From the IMG/VR virus record IMGVR_UViG_3300020388_000034, positions 1 through 34,378 of that record: DNA of 34,378 nt. The stretch is one strand, 5' to 3'. Position 1 is the first letter of the stretch. The number at the start of each line of letters is the position of its first letter. Source of the DNA: a virus. Its lineage: Duplodnaviria; Caudoviricetes. A program made the translations under genes and the position numbers. The notes under the pieces are model-generated. The model ran no database searches, was not told the DNA's origin, and saw nothing but the letters and a program-made list of their open reading frames with translations. This document shows, piece by piece, positions 8,300 through 17,303 of this stretch.

Positions 8300-8328
8300 T
8301 TGACACGCCTGTCACACTCAACTACACT
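8300..8328 (+). promoter_or_regulatory. Sigma70-like promoter of the recombination operon
   Basis: TTGACA-N17-TACACT about 35 bp upstream of erf; palindrome TGACA-cgcc-TGTCA overlaps the -35. Confidence 0.75.
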
Positions 8329-8362
8329 CGCCTTTCCTTTTACACCTTGACGGGAAAAATCT

Positions 8363-8926
8363 ATGGAAAACATTGAGTTTTGGAAGTCCTTTGCCAAATG
8401 CAGAGGCAATTTTGTCACACCAGAAAAAGACCAAACTAATAAGCATACCAAGCAGAAATACTGGTCTGTAGCGGTTCTGAACGATGCTGCCAGAGACTGT
8501 TTCGGTGATGATATTGTGTACTACTTCACTGATGTCAACGCCGAGGATCAGGTAGGCTGCACTATTACTTTGATCCATCTGAAGAGCGGTCAGTCACACT
8601 CCCAGCTCACGCTAGTCGATAAGGTAAAGAAGACAGAGCAAGGCTGTGGCACTGGCTATACCTACGCCAAGCGCTACTGCCTGATGGGCCTGTTCGCTCT
8701 GGGCGATCCTGAGAACGACAATGACGCGCAGCACGAAGAAGAACCTGCTGAGACCGGAAAGATAGACAGCATCAAGGCTGACTGCGAGAAGGCTGGCATG
8801 AATCTGGTGACCTGCCTGCGGTCTGTGAAGGCTGACAATTGGAACCTAAGCGACAAGCAGATAAGCCAGCTTAGGAAGATTCTCAAAGAGCGAGAGCAAG
8901 TATCTCAGCAGGACTCATTCCTATGA
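8363..8926 (+). CDS. erf: ERF-family single-strand annealing protein
   Basis: QGCGTGYTYAKRYCLMGLFAL...DND matches the ERF G..TY.KRY.L....DxD motif; adjacent to an exonuclease. Confidence 0.85.
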   Translation: MENIEFWKSFAKCRGNFVTPEKDQTNKHTKQKYWSVAVLNDAARDCFGDDIVYYFTDVNAEDQVGCTITLIHLKSGQSHSQLTLVDKVKKTEQGCGTGYTYAKRYCLMGLFALGDPENDNDAQHEEEPAETGKIDSIKADCEKAGMNLVTCLRSVKADNWNLSDKQISQLRKILKEREQVSQQDSFL

Positions 8927-9522
8927 GATATTTCTATCACGAGCAAGGCAGCGATGAATGGCTGAGAAGCAGATGCGGGTTCATCACTGCGTCTAACTTC
9001 AAACTTTTAGTTACAACGACAGGCACTAAAAGTCGGTCAGCCAAAACCTACCTGAATAAAGTTGTCGCTGAGCGCGAAGTTCCTATACCCATTGAAACTT
9101 ACAAATCTAAATCAATGGAGACAGGCACTGAGCGAGAGGATGAAGCTCGAAGCAAATTTGAGCTGCTGCACAACATAGAGATTAAGCAGGTTGGCATGAT
9201 TGCTTTGGACGATCACGATGTAGGGTGCTCGCCAGACGGCCTGTGGGCCGATACAGGCATCGAAATCAAATGCCCAGAGCGTCATACTCATACAGGTTAC
9301 AGGCTTGATGGCGGCCTTCCTAGCGAGTATTTCCAGCAAGTACAAGGCACTATGTGGGTGCTTGGCTTGGATTATTACTGGTTTTACTCTTACAACCCAG
9401 ATCATCATGATTTTAAACTAAAAGTAGAACGTGATGATGAATGGATCGACAAAGCGTCCAAGATAATTATCGAGGCCGCACAATTAGCAGATAAACAAAC
9501 AAGGAGATTGATAGATGGATAG
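8923..9522 (+). CDS. YqaJ/lambda-exonuclease family protein
   Basis: EQGSDEWLRSR...ITAS, GTERE..AR, GCSPDGL, IEIKCP, YFQQVQGTMWV. Confidence 0.92.
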   Translation: MRYFYHEQGSDEWLRSRCGFITASNFKLLVTTTGTKSRSAKTYLNKVVAEREVPIPIETYKSKSMETGTEREDEARSKFELLHNIEIKQVGMIALDDHDVGCSPDGLWADTGIEIKCPERHTHTGYRLDGGLPSEYFQQVQGTMWVLGLDYYWFYSYNPDHHDFKLKVERDDEWIDKASKIIIEAAQLADKQTRRLIDG

Positions 9523-9817
9523 TTACAAGCCAAAAGAATGGGTCCAGTTGATGGGCATTAATAAGTCTAAGTTTGAGGATGATCAGTATTACGCCAGCAT
9601 TTCGGAGGATGACATGAAGGCTCTGTTTGAGGCTGTAAATTCCGGTCAGATAAAAAAGACACAATACGGGTATGAGTTGAAAGGCTGGGTAAATACCAAC
9701 AGTAAAACTGGTGCTAAATTTATTTCCTTGAAATGGGAAAAGATTGCGAGCGAAGCGCCTAATCCTGCCAGCGGTCCAGACGCAACAATTAAATTAGCTG
9801 AGGATGTACCGTTCTGA
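9515..9817 (+). CDS. Putative ssDNA-binding protein
   Basis: Follows erf/exo; GW...SKTGAKFISL beta motif; SSB-like acidic tail EDVPF. Confidence 0.6.
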   Translation: MDSYKPKEWVQLMGINKSKFEDDQYYASISEDDMKALFEAVNSGQIKKTQYGYELKGWVNTNSKTGAKFISLKWEKIASEAPNPASGPDATIKLAEDVPF

Positions 9818-10047
9818 TGAAAGTTGTCGAATTTGAGAAAGCTGAGCGACAGATCAAAAACGAAGCAGTAAAAGCGTTTGTTGAGATGGGCTACTCGCAG
9901 GCCATCGAGTTTGAGGATTACGATGAAATGCGGAGAGCTTACTGGTCAATCAAAGGCTGGCTGCGCGGCAAGGATATTACCTTTGACGTTCAGCAGGTCA
10001 CCAATGGCGGCTTTCATATTGTAAAGGTGAGGAAGTCTGATGCCTAA
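9817..10047 (+). CDS. Hypothetical protein
   Basis: Translationally coupled (TGATG) 76-aa ORF within the operon. Confidence 0.7.
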   Translation: MKVVEFEKAERQIKNEAVKAFVEMGYSQAIEFEDYDEMRRAYWSIKGWLRGKDITFDVQQVTNGGFHIVKVRKSDA

Positions 10048-10465
10048 GATAACCATCAAGCCAGAAGATAGATGGTTTTCCAAGTGCGTCCGAGAGGCTG
10101 CTGATTGGACTTGTGAATGCTGCGGGAAGAAGTACGAGGAGAACAGCTCTGCGCTCCACGCCTCGCACTACTTCTCTCGGCGGCACAAGGCTATAAGATA
10201 TTGCCCTGACAATGTTTTTGCTCATTGCTTCGGATGCCATCAGAAACTCGGCGGCAACCCGGATGACTTTCACAAATGGATGGTCAACAAGGTAGGAGAG
10301 GCGATGCTTGAGATACTGCGTGAGAAACGCAACGACATCGGCCTAGCTAAGACCATCAACAAGAACAAGAAGGATGTGGCACGGCACTACCGTGAGGAGT
10401 ACAAGCGCATCAAGGCTGTCAGAGATGCTGGTGCGGTTGGTTTTATAGACATCATTGAATACTAG
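10040..10465 (+). CDS. ninG: NinG/Rap-like zinc-finger HNH endonuclease
   Basis: DRWFSKCVR, CECCG, LHASHYFSR, RY..DN..AHCFGCH. Confidence 0.8.
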   Translation: MPKITIKPEDRWFSKCVREAADWTCECCGKKYEENSSALHASHYFSRRHKAIRYCPDNVFAHCFGCHQKLGGNPDDFHKWMVNKVGEAMLEILREKRNDIGLAKTINKNKKDVARHYREEYKRIKAVRDAGAVGFIDIIEY

Positions 10466-10474
10466 GAGACTCAA

Positions 10475-10894
10475 ATGACGGGTGAGTTGTGGATCGTAAA
10501 CACTGAGCATAAGCTAGAAAATGTTAAGAAGCATATCGAAGAGGCTTGGCAAAAGGACCGATATCTGGTCATAACCTGCAAGACAGGTAAGCAGCGGAGC
10601 ATCAGGCAAAACTCTGCACTTCATTTATGGTGCGAACAGATAGCCGCTGAGCTGAACGAACGCCATTTAGATGTACGAGTTCTGCTTGAGCATCATCCAG
10701 AGATCGAATGGAACCGTGAGGCTGTTAAAAGCTACTTGTGGAAACCCGTGCAGAAGGCTCAGACGGGTGAAGAATCAAGCGCAAAGGTAAACAAAGTAGA
10801 CTACATTAAAACGTATGAAGTTTTGAATAAATACCTTGGCGAAAAGTTCGGCATCCACGTTCCGTGGCCTGTGAATGATAATACTGAAGATTGA
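10475..10894 (+). CDS. ninB: NinB/Orf-family recombination protein
   Basis: RSIRQNSALHLWCEQIA motif, SSAKV, C-terminal FGIHVPWP. Confidence 0.75.
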   Translation: MTGELWIVNTEHKLENVKKHIEEAWQKDRYLVITCKTGKQRSIRQNSALHLWCEQIAAELNERHLDVRVLLEHHPEIEWNREAVKSYLWKPVQKAQTGEESSAKVNKVDYIKTYEVLNKYLGEKFGIHVPWPVNDNTED

Positions 10895-11381
10895 TCCCAA
10901 CTGGTTAGACATTGCCTACGGCGAGCCTGAAACGCTAAATCATCAAAGCGTAAATAGTAACAGCAAGATAACAGGCACTCTTGGCGAGCTAGCTACCTGT
11001 CAGGTATTAGATGGACTCGGCATCTCTTTTGATTTTTCCGATTCCAAAGATTACGATCTAATTGTGAAAGGTCTGAGATTTGACGTTAAAAGTAGTCGAG
11101 CGCCGAAGTACGGAAAGCGAGAAGCAGGTAACGGATTGGTTACGGCGTATCTCCGAGACCATCAAAAGTGTGATGTTTACATTTTTTGCTGCGTTGACAT
11201 AGACAAAGAAGAAATTGCTGTTATGGGCTACTGCAGCAAAGAATGGTTTTGGACCACAAAAAAAGGAAAGGATTACGCCGCCGGAGAAATAGTTAAGACT
11301 AGGCCAATAAAATCAGACGCTAGGCTGTTAGGATACCGTTATTTAAAAGATATCGAAGAGATCGCAAAATGGAAGGCATAA
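10875..11381 (+). CDS. Putative PD-(D/E)xK-like nuclease-fold protein
   Basis: GTLGELA...DYDL....FDVKS...DVYIF pattern. Confidence 0.55.
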   Translation: MIILKIDPNWLDIAYGEPETLNHQSVNSNSKITGTLGELATCQVLDGLGISFDFSDSKDYDLIVKGLRFDVKSSRAPKYGKREAGNGLVTAYLRDHQKCDVYIFCCVDIDKEEIAVMGYCSKEWFWTTKKGKDYAAGEIVKTRPIKSDARLLGYRYLKDIEEIAKWKA

Positions 11382-11587
11382 GTTTTATTTTGAAGAATCC
11401 AGAAGACTGCGAAGAATGGCTGAAGAAAGCTGCTGAAAACTTTAACAGCCGTGACCTCAACTACATCGCCACGCTTGCTTGGAACCTTGGACATCTTGAA
11501 GATTTTGTTTTTGGTGATGAAGCTCGGAGCAAAGAGTTCTTTAGGTATATGGAAGAGAGTGACCGCTACGGCTCAGAGCTTCACTAA
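11369..11587 (+). CDS. Hypothetical protein
   Basis: Last ORF of the plus-strand operon; converges on the lysis cassette. Confidence 0.65.
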   Translation: MEGISFILKNPEDCEEWLKKAAENFNSRDLNYIATLAWNLGHLEDFVFGDEARSKEFFRYMEESDRYGSELH

Positions 11588-11971
11588 GGCTCTGTTGCGG
11601 ATGTGTGCGGCTGCTATATCAGCTTTGTTCTGCCCGTAATATGGGACAGCGTGGTGAGCTTGTATCATCTCATCGCAGAGCCATTTATCATCTACGCAGA
11701 AATCACCTAAATATCTGCCGTACTTGCCTTTCTCTCTCGTCTTGAGAAGTATGTGATCGCTGTTCAGAAAGTCTTTGACAAACTTCTTAGAGGCTTTGCC
11801 GAATTGTTTTTCTTCCAAATCTCTAGTGCGAGACTCGGGAGCGTCAATACCATACAAACGAATGCGCTGCTTACGCACACTAACAGACCAACCCAAATCA
11901 ACATTAACATCAATAGTGTCTCCATCAACAACCTTCACTATCTCACAAACGTAAATATAAGGATCATACAT
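11573..11971 (-). CDS. Thermonuclease (staphylococcal nuclease-like) protein
   Basis: VVDGDTI, IRLYGIDAPE, GKYGRYL motifs; no signal peptide. Confidence 0.9.
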   Translation of the reverse strand: MYDPYIYVCEIVKVVDGDTIDVNVDLGWSVSVRKQRIRLYGIDAPESRTRDLEEKQFGKASKKFVKDFLNSDHILLKTREKGKYGRYLGDFCVDDKWLCDEMIQAHHAVPYYGQNKADIAAAHIRNRALVKL

Positions 11972-12395
11972 ACTCGCCTGACCTTATGATATCGGTAAGC
12001 TCTAACGCTCTACCGCCTACCTGCTTTGCCCATCGGCTATCAAGAAACTCAGTGCTAGCCTCATCGTAATTGCCCTCTTCCATCGCGGCTAATGCTCGCT
12101 TAAAAAGCCGGAACCTTGTCGCACCCAGATTCAGGAAGATATTGATGATTGCCTCCTGACGAGTTTCATCTAGTTGACCAAACCACGGATACTCAGCGCT
12201 AAGCTCTTTTATACATCGAAGGATGTCATTGGACAGCAGGTATTCTATCTCTTCCATTGCCAGCCCTATGCCGCCCTCTGGATCAATATTTCTACCAACG
12301 CCAATAGTCAGCTTACCGCTTGAGCATTTGTAAGCGTGAGTCTCTACGCCCTCGTGGCGCTTTAGTTGTTCAATTAGCTTATCCATCTTATTCAC
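11964..12395 (-). CDS. Endolysin, T4-lysozyme-like (GH24)
   Basis: LKRHEG...YKCSSGKLTIGVGRN, FLNLG, DSRWAKQVGGRA. Confidence 0.92.
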   Translation of the reverse strand: MNKMDKLIEQLKRHEGVETHAYKCSSGKLTIGVGRNIDPEGGIGLAMEEIEYLLSNDILRCIKELSAEYPWFGQLDETRQEAIINIFLNLGATRFRLFKRALAAMEEGNYDEASTEFLDSRWAKQVGGRALELTDIIRSGEYV

Positions 12396-12859
12396 TTCTG
12401 AGAGCCTCCATAGAAGAACGCCGCGCAGGTTCCCAGTATTCCTGATAGCTGGCCCAGCACGAGTGAGATTATGGTCTCATCATTTTGATCATGAGGCAGA
12501 ATAGTCACGGTCATTACATAAGCTCCGTACAAAATAAGAGCAAGAATGCAAAAGACTTTAGGCGTAACATCGCTTGCAAACTTAGTCCTAGCATCCTTCC
12601 TGTCCTCAACCTCAGTCTTAAATGACTCAAGGTCTATCTCCATTTCTCGGATCTTTGTTTTAAAATCTTGATCTGCTTGTTTTACAAGAACCGCTTTGTC
12701 AGGTTCGCGCTCTATTAAATCCTCGATTTCATTAGCAGTTGCAGTTTCAGGCAAGCCTAGTTTAGATGCAGCCATCTTTACAGCCATTCCTGCCATCGGA
12801 CCGCCTGCAGCACTAGCTATAGTCGGAGCAAGGGACTTTAGCAAGCCGCCTAATTTCAT
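12392..12859 (-). CDS. Putative holin
   Basis: APTIASAAGGP N-terminus, DRKDAR motif, two C-terminal hydrophobic helices ending FFYGGS; directly upstream of the endolysin. Confidence 0.7.
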   Translation of the reverse strand: MKLGGLLKSLAPTIASAAGGPMAGMAVKMAASKLGLPETATANEIEDLIEREPDKAVLVKQADQDFKTKIREMEIDLESFKTEVEDRKDARTKFASDVTPKVFCILALILYGAYVMTVTILPHDQNDETIISLVLGQLSGILGTCAAFFYGGSQK

Positions 12860-13059
12860 TCGACAGTTTCCACAATAGTGTCAATTGTGTCGCAAACGTC
12901 AGGAACAATAACGCCAGCCGTAGCAGAAAGCGCTCCTCTGCCCACTGCCCGAACACCTTTGTAAAAGGAAGAGCAGTATATTTCTTTGTTAGCAATAACT
13001 TGTTCAACAGATGTGCAGCTTGATAACGTAAAAACAAACAATAAACCGATCAGTCTCAT
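12856..13059 (-). CDS. Small lipoprotein (possible spanin-like)
   Basis: Signal peptide with lipobox LSSC; located in the lysis cassette. Confidence 0.6.
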   Translation of the reverse strand: MRLIGLLFVFTLSSCTSVEQVIANKEIYCSSFYKGVRAVGRGALSATAGVIVPDVCDTIDTIVETVE

Positions 13060-13790
13060 TTCATTTTCTCCAGTTGCCTAGCAGCTTCTTGGTTTATAGG
13101 CTTTACCTTCTCTTGAGAATCAAGATACTCTTTTAGCCTTTTCTTGTAATCGTTCATGCTGTGGTCAGCGACTCTATCCGCCACGCCGCCTCTGTCAGCT
13201 CTTCTAGTGTCCTTGCTGGGATTTATATAGTCTGGGCCTGTATTGCTAAAGTATAGCATTGTCTGCGACTTAGAAGGCCCGTAGAGCAGCCGTGGGACTC
13301 GTGCAACCATATCACTGCCGTTTACGCAGGATATCTGATTGTCGAGCTTCATCGGCCTCTTAAAGCCTTTAAAAAACGTGTTCGGCTTACCGAATGTGAT
13401 GAGATTGATATTGTCGTGCTTGCCGTTCATCTTGGAGGCAGACATCTCTGCGAGCGCACCTCCTAGACTGTGGCCTGTAAACATCGTTCGCTTTTTTGGG
13501 TCAATGTGCTTCTTGATCTCTTTCCAGATAGAAGCGTGTTGTAGAACGAAACCTGCGTGGCACATCCTTCCGGCATACGGAACCGGGATAGCAGTCAGGT
13601 CAGTTATGATGTCGTTTAGCTTTTTCTCAGTACCTCGAAAAGCAATAACATCTATGCTTTTGCGCTTGATTACAAAAGCCGTGGCTCCTGTGATCTTGTT
13701 TTCTATCTTTATGGCGTCCTTATTCTTCTGGTTGTAAGCCTTCTCTGACCAGCTTGCAGCCATATTTAGTAAAACAGGATCAAGTTTCAT
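13056..13790 (-). CDS. Class 3 lipase (alpha/beta hydrolase)
   Basis: IAFRGT, HAGF, nucleophile elbow GHSLGG, TFGKP, DMVARVP, DHSM (complete Ser-Asp-His triad). Confidence 0.92.
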   Translation of the reverse strand: MKLDPVLLNMAASWSEKAYNQKNKDAIKIENKITGATAFVIKRKSIDVIAFRGTEKKLNDIITDLTAIPVPYAGRMCHAGFVLQHASIWKEIKKHIDPKKRTMFTGHSLGGALAEMSASKMNGKHDNINLITFGKPNTFFKGFKRPMKLDNQISCVNGSDMVARVPRLLYGPSKSQTMLYFSNTGPDYINPSKDTRRADRGGVADRVADHSMNDYKKRLKEYLDSQEKVKPINQEAARQLEKMK

Positions 13791-14008
13791 TTCTCGGCCT
13801 TGTTATCTAGTTTCTTAAAAATAGCGCCTAGTGTTTCTTTGATCTCACGGATGTCCTCGCGGTAATCATCTTTGGCAACATACTTCTCAGGTATTTGCTT
13901 CATGTCAGCGTCGATTCTATCAAGCAAGACAAAAACACGATTAACTAGCCAACCGCCACCAAAGCTAATGATTGCTAAAAATACGTTAAATCCAGTTTGA
14001 AATTCCAT
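13787..14008 (-). CDS. Small single-TM coiled-coil protein (lysis-region family)
   Basis: N-terminal TM helix, then YVAKDDY..DI..IK..L..IF.KLD. Confidence 0.7.
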   Translation of the reverse strand: MEFQTGFNVFLAIISFGGGWLVNRVFVLLDRIDADMKQIPEKYVAKDDYREDIREIKETLGAIFKKLDNKAEK

Positions 14009-14512
14009 TTACTCTTCCACGTTTAAAGGGTTATCCAGTATGCGCTGGATACGTTCCTCAAGGTCATCACGCATTGCTCGTAGTTCGTTATCTACATCTC
14101 TAAGACTGTCGTTTACACGCTCTTCTAAAGCGTACACGTCATCTCTAAGCTCTCTCGTGGCTAAGACAACAGAATCATCCGTCCCTCTAGCAATGCGCTC
14201 TGTGGCGTCTATATCGACCTGTAGGCGGTCAATGTTGTTCATTAGCTCAACTATATCCTGATCTAAAGCTCGCTCAACGGCTGCTATTAAGACTTCAGCA
14301 GCATCTAATTTAGTGCTTAGTACGGCTAATTCTTCATCATACGAGCTAAAGTCAGGTGAGACGTAGGCAGTTACTGCTTCTTCGGCATCTAACAAACGCT
14401 GATACAACTCGAAGCCGCCCCACATCGCTGCGCCAATACTACCTAAAAACGGTATAACAAGCAGTAACTTACCGCCAGAAAGCTTTACCTCGCCAACTTC
14501 TATCTCTGCCAT
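14009..14512 (-). CDS. Membrane-anchored acidic coiled-coil protein
   Basis: One TM (about aa 16-36), long heptad region, C-terminal LDNPL. Confidence 0.75.
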   Translation of the reverse strand: MAEIEVGEVKLSGGKLLLVIPFLGSIGAAMWGGFELYQRLLDAEEAVTAYVSPDFSSYDEELAVLSTKLDAAEVLIAAVERALDQDIVELMNNIDRLQVDIDATERIARGTDDSVVLATRELRDDVYALEERVNDSLRDVDNELRAMRDDLEERIQRILDNPLNVEE

Positions 14513-16404
14513 TGTAAATCCACCAAATCGTCATAGCCCGAATTACCCGTCACGCGCAGCACACCTAATGGATTTGCCCGAATACTGTTCGATGGATAGG
14601 GCTGCGTGGACGAGTAAAACTGTTGTCTGTCGGATATATTTACGTTGTCGTACTGCGAGAAAGCTGGATTGTTTGATATGAGAAACACCGCAAGACTTTG
14701 ATCGGTAAAACCGCCAGTATCTTCTAAGTTCTCTAGCTGACTATCTAAGCTCTGCTGTACATCAGCTTGGCTCATAGTCTGTATCTGAGTCTCAGCCCGT
14801 TGCACTGTACGTTGCTCATCTTGACTGGGAGGCGAGACGTCAAACCTGCTGAAATCTGGAAGCTGTGCTGACAGGAATTGACCTACGCTTTGGCCTGTAG
14901 CTATCGCGTCATTAAAATCATTCTCAAACTGCATCTGCGTTGGCGGTGCAAGCTCCGATGTAGTGATTGTATTAGTCTTCTGCTGCTGGGCTTGTTGCGC
15001 TACAACTTGAGTAATCTGAGCCTCGGTGCTGAAAACACTTGTTGTCTGTTCAAGCTCTTGCTGATCCTGAAGCACCATCTGTGTTTGCGAATTGACTGAA
15101 TTATTTCGATAAGCTGACTGCCCGACAGTGCTAAGAGCTATACCCACGACATCGACAGCAGGGCGTATTACCTCACGCTCTATTACTTTTTCTGCCTCTT
15201 TCTCGGGTTCTGGCTCACGAACAATCTCTACACGCTCTTCTCTTTGCACCCGCTCGACTTCCACGGGTTCTTGACGGACTACAGCACGGTCAGGGCGTGG
15301 CTCGGGCCTTGATTCCCTAACCACCTGCACTGGCTCTTCTGCTACCTCTACAGGTCTTTCAACGCGCTCAGGTTCAGTTCTTACAATCGGCTCAGGTTGC
15401 TGCTGTTGTTGCTGACGTTGTTGCTCAGGACGCTCAGGCTCTCCAGTTGGTGGCTCATCTGCTCTGGGAGCAAGCCCGAACATCTCGCGCTCTTGAGAAG
15501 TGTTTTGATAAGGCTGTGGCGGCGGTGTAGTCTGTGGCTGTCCTTGACGACTTTGATTATCAGTAAAGAAGTAGTCTTCTACTTCATCGCCAAACACATT
15601 ATCTGTGTACTGATCGGTCACACTAGACTGCGCCACCGCGTCCCAGTAGCCATCACAAGTTGAATCGTTTGCAGGGTTTGTACAATCTGGCCTACCTACA
15701 AGCCCAAAGTTTCCATTGCTGTAGCTATTAGTAGACAAATCACCACCATAAGCAGATATAAGCTGCGCTCCTGTTGCGTTGGCGTAGGTGCTACTCATAG
15801 TGAATTTATTTCCATAAAACTGCTGAGTGTGCCAAAACGGATCGGCTGCGGTGTCTCCTGTCCAGCCTATAAACACCTCATGGTTGTTAATAAATACGTC
15901 ATCGTAGATGTATTCAAACCCTCCAGACTTGTCTATGTTTAACTGAAAGGTATTCATTGCCAGAGGATTGTTGTATTCCCTGACCTTGTACCAAAGAAAA
16001 CTAGACCGCTCTGTATTAGTAGAATAATAGTAACCGTCATCATCAAACACGTTAGTGTCATCTAAATCTGTCCATAATGGAGCAAGCATATAGCTAAACT
16101 GCCCTACTCTGTTATCTAGATAATTAGGCGTACCCGCTCCAAAGTTATATCCGTCACAGCAGTGACCACCTGTCGGCAGGGTTTGCTGACCAAGGTTATT
16201 CGTAGGCGACCAGAGGAGAATAAAACCGTTGGTGGACATCCACGCATCAGTAAACACTTTATCCAGATGAGGGAAGGTATGCCCAAGCTCAACGTGATAA
16301 GCACTATCGTCCACACCGTTCAGGACTTGTGTCATACCTGTTGGGCTGAGATCAGCGGCAGACGCAAACACGGGAAGCAGGCAAAGCAGTACAAACCTTT
16401 TCAC
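14500..16404 (-). CDS. Secreted protein with nidogen(NIDO)-like domain and Pro/Glu/Arg/Gln-rich linker
   Basis: Sec signal (ASA-A); STNGFI, LAPLWTDL, NTFQL motifs; low-complexity middle section. Confidence 0.7.
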   Translation of the reverse strand: MKRFVLLCLLPVFASAADLSPTGMTQVLNGVDDSAYHVELGHTFPHLDKVFTDAWMSTNGFILLWSPTNNLGQQTLPTGGHCCDGYNFGAGTPNYLDNRVGQFSYMLAPLWTDLDDTNVFDDDGYYYSTNTERSSFLWYKVREYNNPLAMNTFQLNIDKSGGFEYIYDDVFINNHEVFIGWTGDTAADPFWHTQQFYGNKFTMSSTYANATGAQLISAYGGDLSTNSYSNGNFGLVGRPDCTNPANDSTCDGYWDAVAQSSVTDQYTDNVFGDEVEDYFFTDNQSRQGQPQTTPPPQPYQNTSQEREMFGLAPRADEPPTGEPERPEQQRQQQQQQPEPIVRTEPERVERPVEVAEEPVQVVRESRPEPRPDRAVVRQEPVEVERVQREERVEIVREPEPEKEAEKVIEREVIRPAVDVVGIALSTVGQSAYRNNSVNSQTQMVLQDQQELEQTTSVFSTEAQITQVVAQQAQQQKTNTITTSELAPPTQMQFENDFNDAIATGQSVGQFLSAQLPDFSRFDVSPPSQDEQRTVQRAETQIQTMSQADVQQSLDSQLENLEDTGGFTDQSLAVFLISNNPAFSQYDNVNISDRQQFYSSTQPYPSNSIRANPLGVLRVTGNSGYDDLVDLQWQR

Positions 16405-17294
16405 CGCACTCTCCTGTCAGGCTCAGGTATCTTGTCTGGGTTGGCCTCCCACAAGAGTTTCGCCTCGTCACCTATCTTGCCTTCATACGGACAGGGTGTA
16501 CCTGCGTACATCATGCTAGACCACACGCGGTAGTCTTGGCACATGAGGCTTACCGCTGCAACACGCATACCCATATCATATAAGGTCTTACCCAATTTAA
16601 TTCTTTCGCAGTTTTGATCACGAACAGACTTCCCGGTAGAGAATCCAAGTATTTGGGTTTGGACAGCGCCTGATATACCTGTGGTGCAAAGGTCTTGGCT
16701 GTAAGAGCTGCCTATTGACGGCGCAATAGCTGATGGAGGCGGTGATTCCACTTTCTGAGTAACTCGCTGGGTTGAATTACTGATAGAGCTGTTGGTGTTG
16801 GTGTTACTGTTTTGATTTATTGCGTTAATGTCCGACACAGAGTTTGTAGTCTGAAAACTTGTGCTGTTAGATAACGATGTATTCACGCTGGTACTGTTAT
16901 TTGTATTTTGATTTACGTTTGTTGCGCTGCTAACAGAAGTGCTGTTATTAGTGGTGCTATTCGTGTTGGTGTTAGTGTTTAAATTAGTTATTAGCCCGGT
17001 GTAATCTGTCGTGTTTGTGTTGGTGTTTGTGTTTACGTTAGTAGACGTACCAGTGTAATCTGTATTGTTGGTATTAGTGTTCGTGTTTACGTTGTTGTTA
17101 TTATTAGTGTTCGTAGACGTACCAGTATAGTTAGTCGTGCTACTGTTTACGTTGTTATTATTATTGGTATTTGTAGACGTAGCGGTAGACGTTGCAGTGT
17201 TAGTTGCAGTCGTGTTTATGTTAGTCGTAGTGTCCTGTCCAAAGACAGGGAAAGCTAAAAAGCTGGCCACTATAACCGCAACGTACTTTTTCAT
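16401..17294 (-). CDS. Secreted Asn/Thr-rich protein with C-terminal four-Cys domain
   Basis: Sec signal; about 150 aa of N/T/S repeats; PPPSAIAPS...DLC...NCERIKL...MCQD...TPCP. Confidence 0.8.
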   Translation of the reverse strand: MKKYVAVIVASFLAFPVFGQDTTTNINTTATNTATSTATSTNTNNNNNVNSSTTNYTGTSTNTNNNNNVNTNTNTNNTDYTGTSTNVNTNTNTNTTDYTGLITNLNTNTNTNSTTNNSTSVSSATNVNQNTNNSTSVNTSLSNSTSFQTTNSVSDINAINQNSNTNTNSSISNSTQRVTQKVESPPPSAIAPSIGSSYSQDLCTTGISGAVQTQILGFSTGKSVRDQNCERIKLGKTLYDMGMRVAAVSLMCQDYRVWSSMMYAGTPCPYEGKIGDEAKLLWEANPDKIPEPDRRVR

Positions 17295-17303
17295 CGCACA
17301 AAA

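Noticed and set aside
8115-8578. Minus-strand ORFs 8115..8321 and 8318..8578
   Set aside because: The first crosses the promoter, palindromes and poly-T region with no protein-like features; the second is antisense to erf.
16770-17230. Repetitive DNA that could suggest a CRISPR array or DGR template
   Set aside because: No constant repeat-spacer units and no cas or reverse transcriptase gene; explained by Asn/Thr codons.
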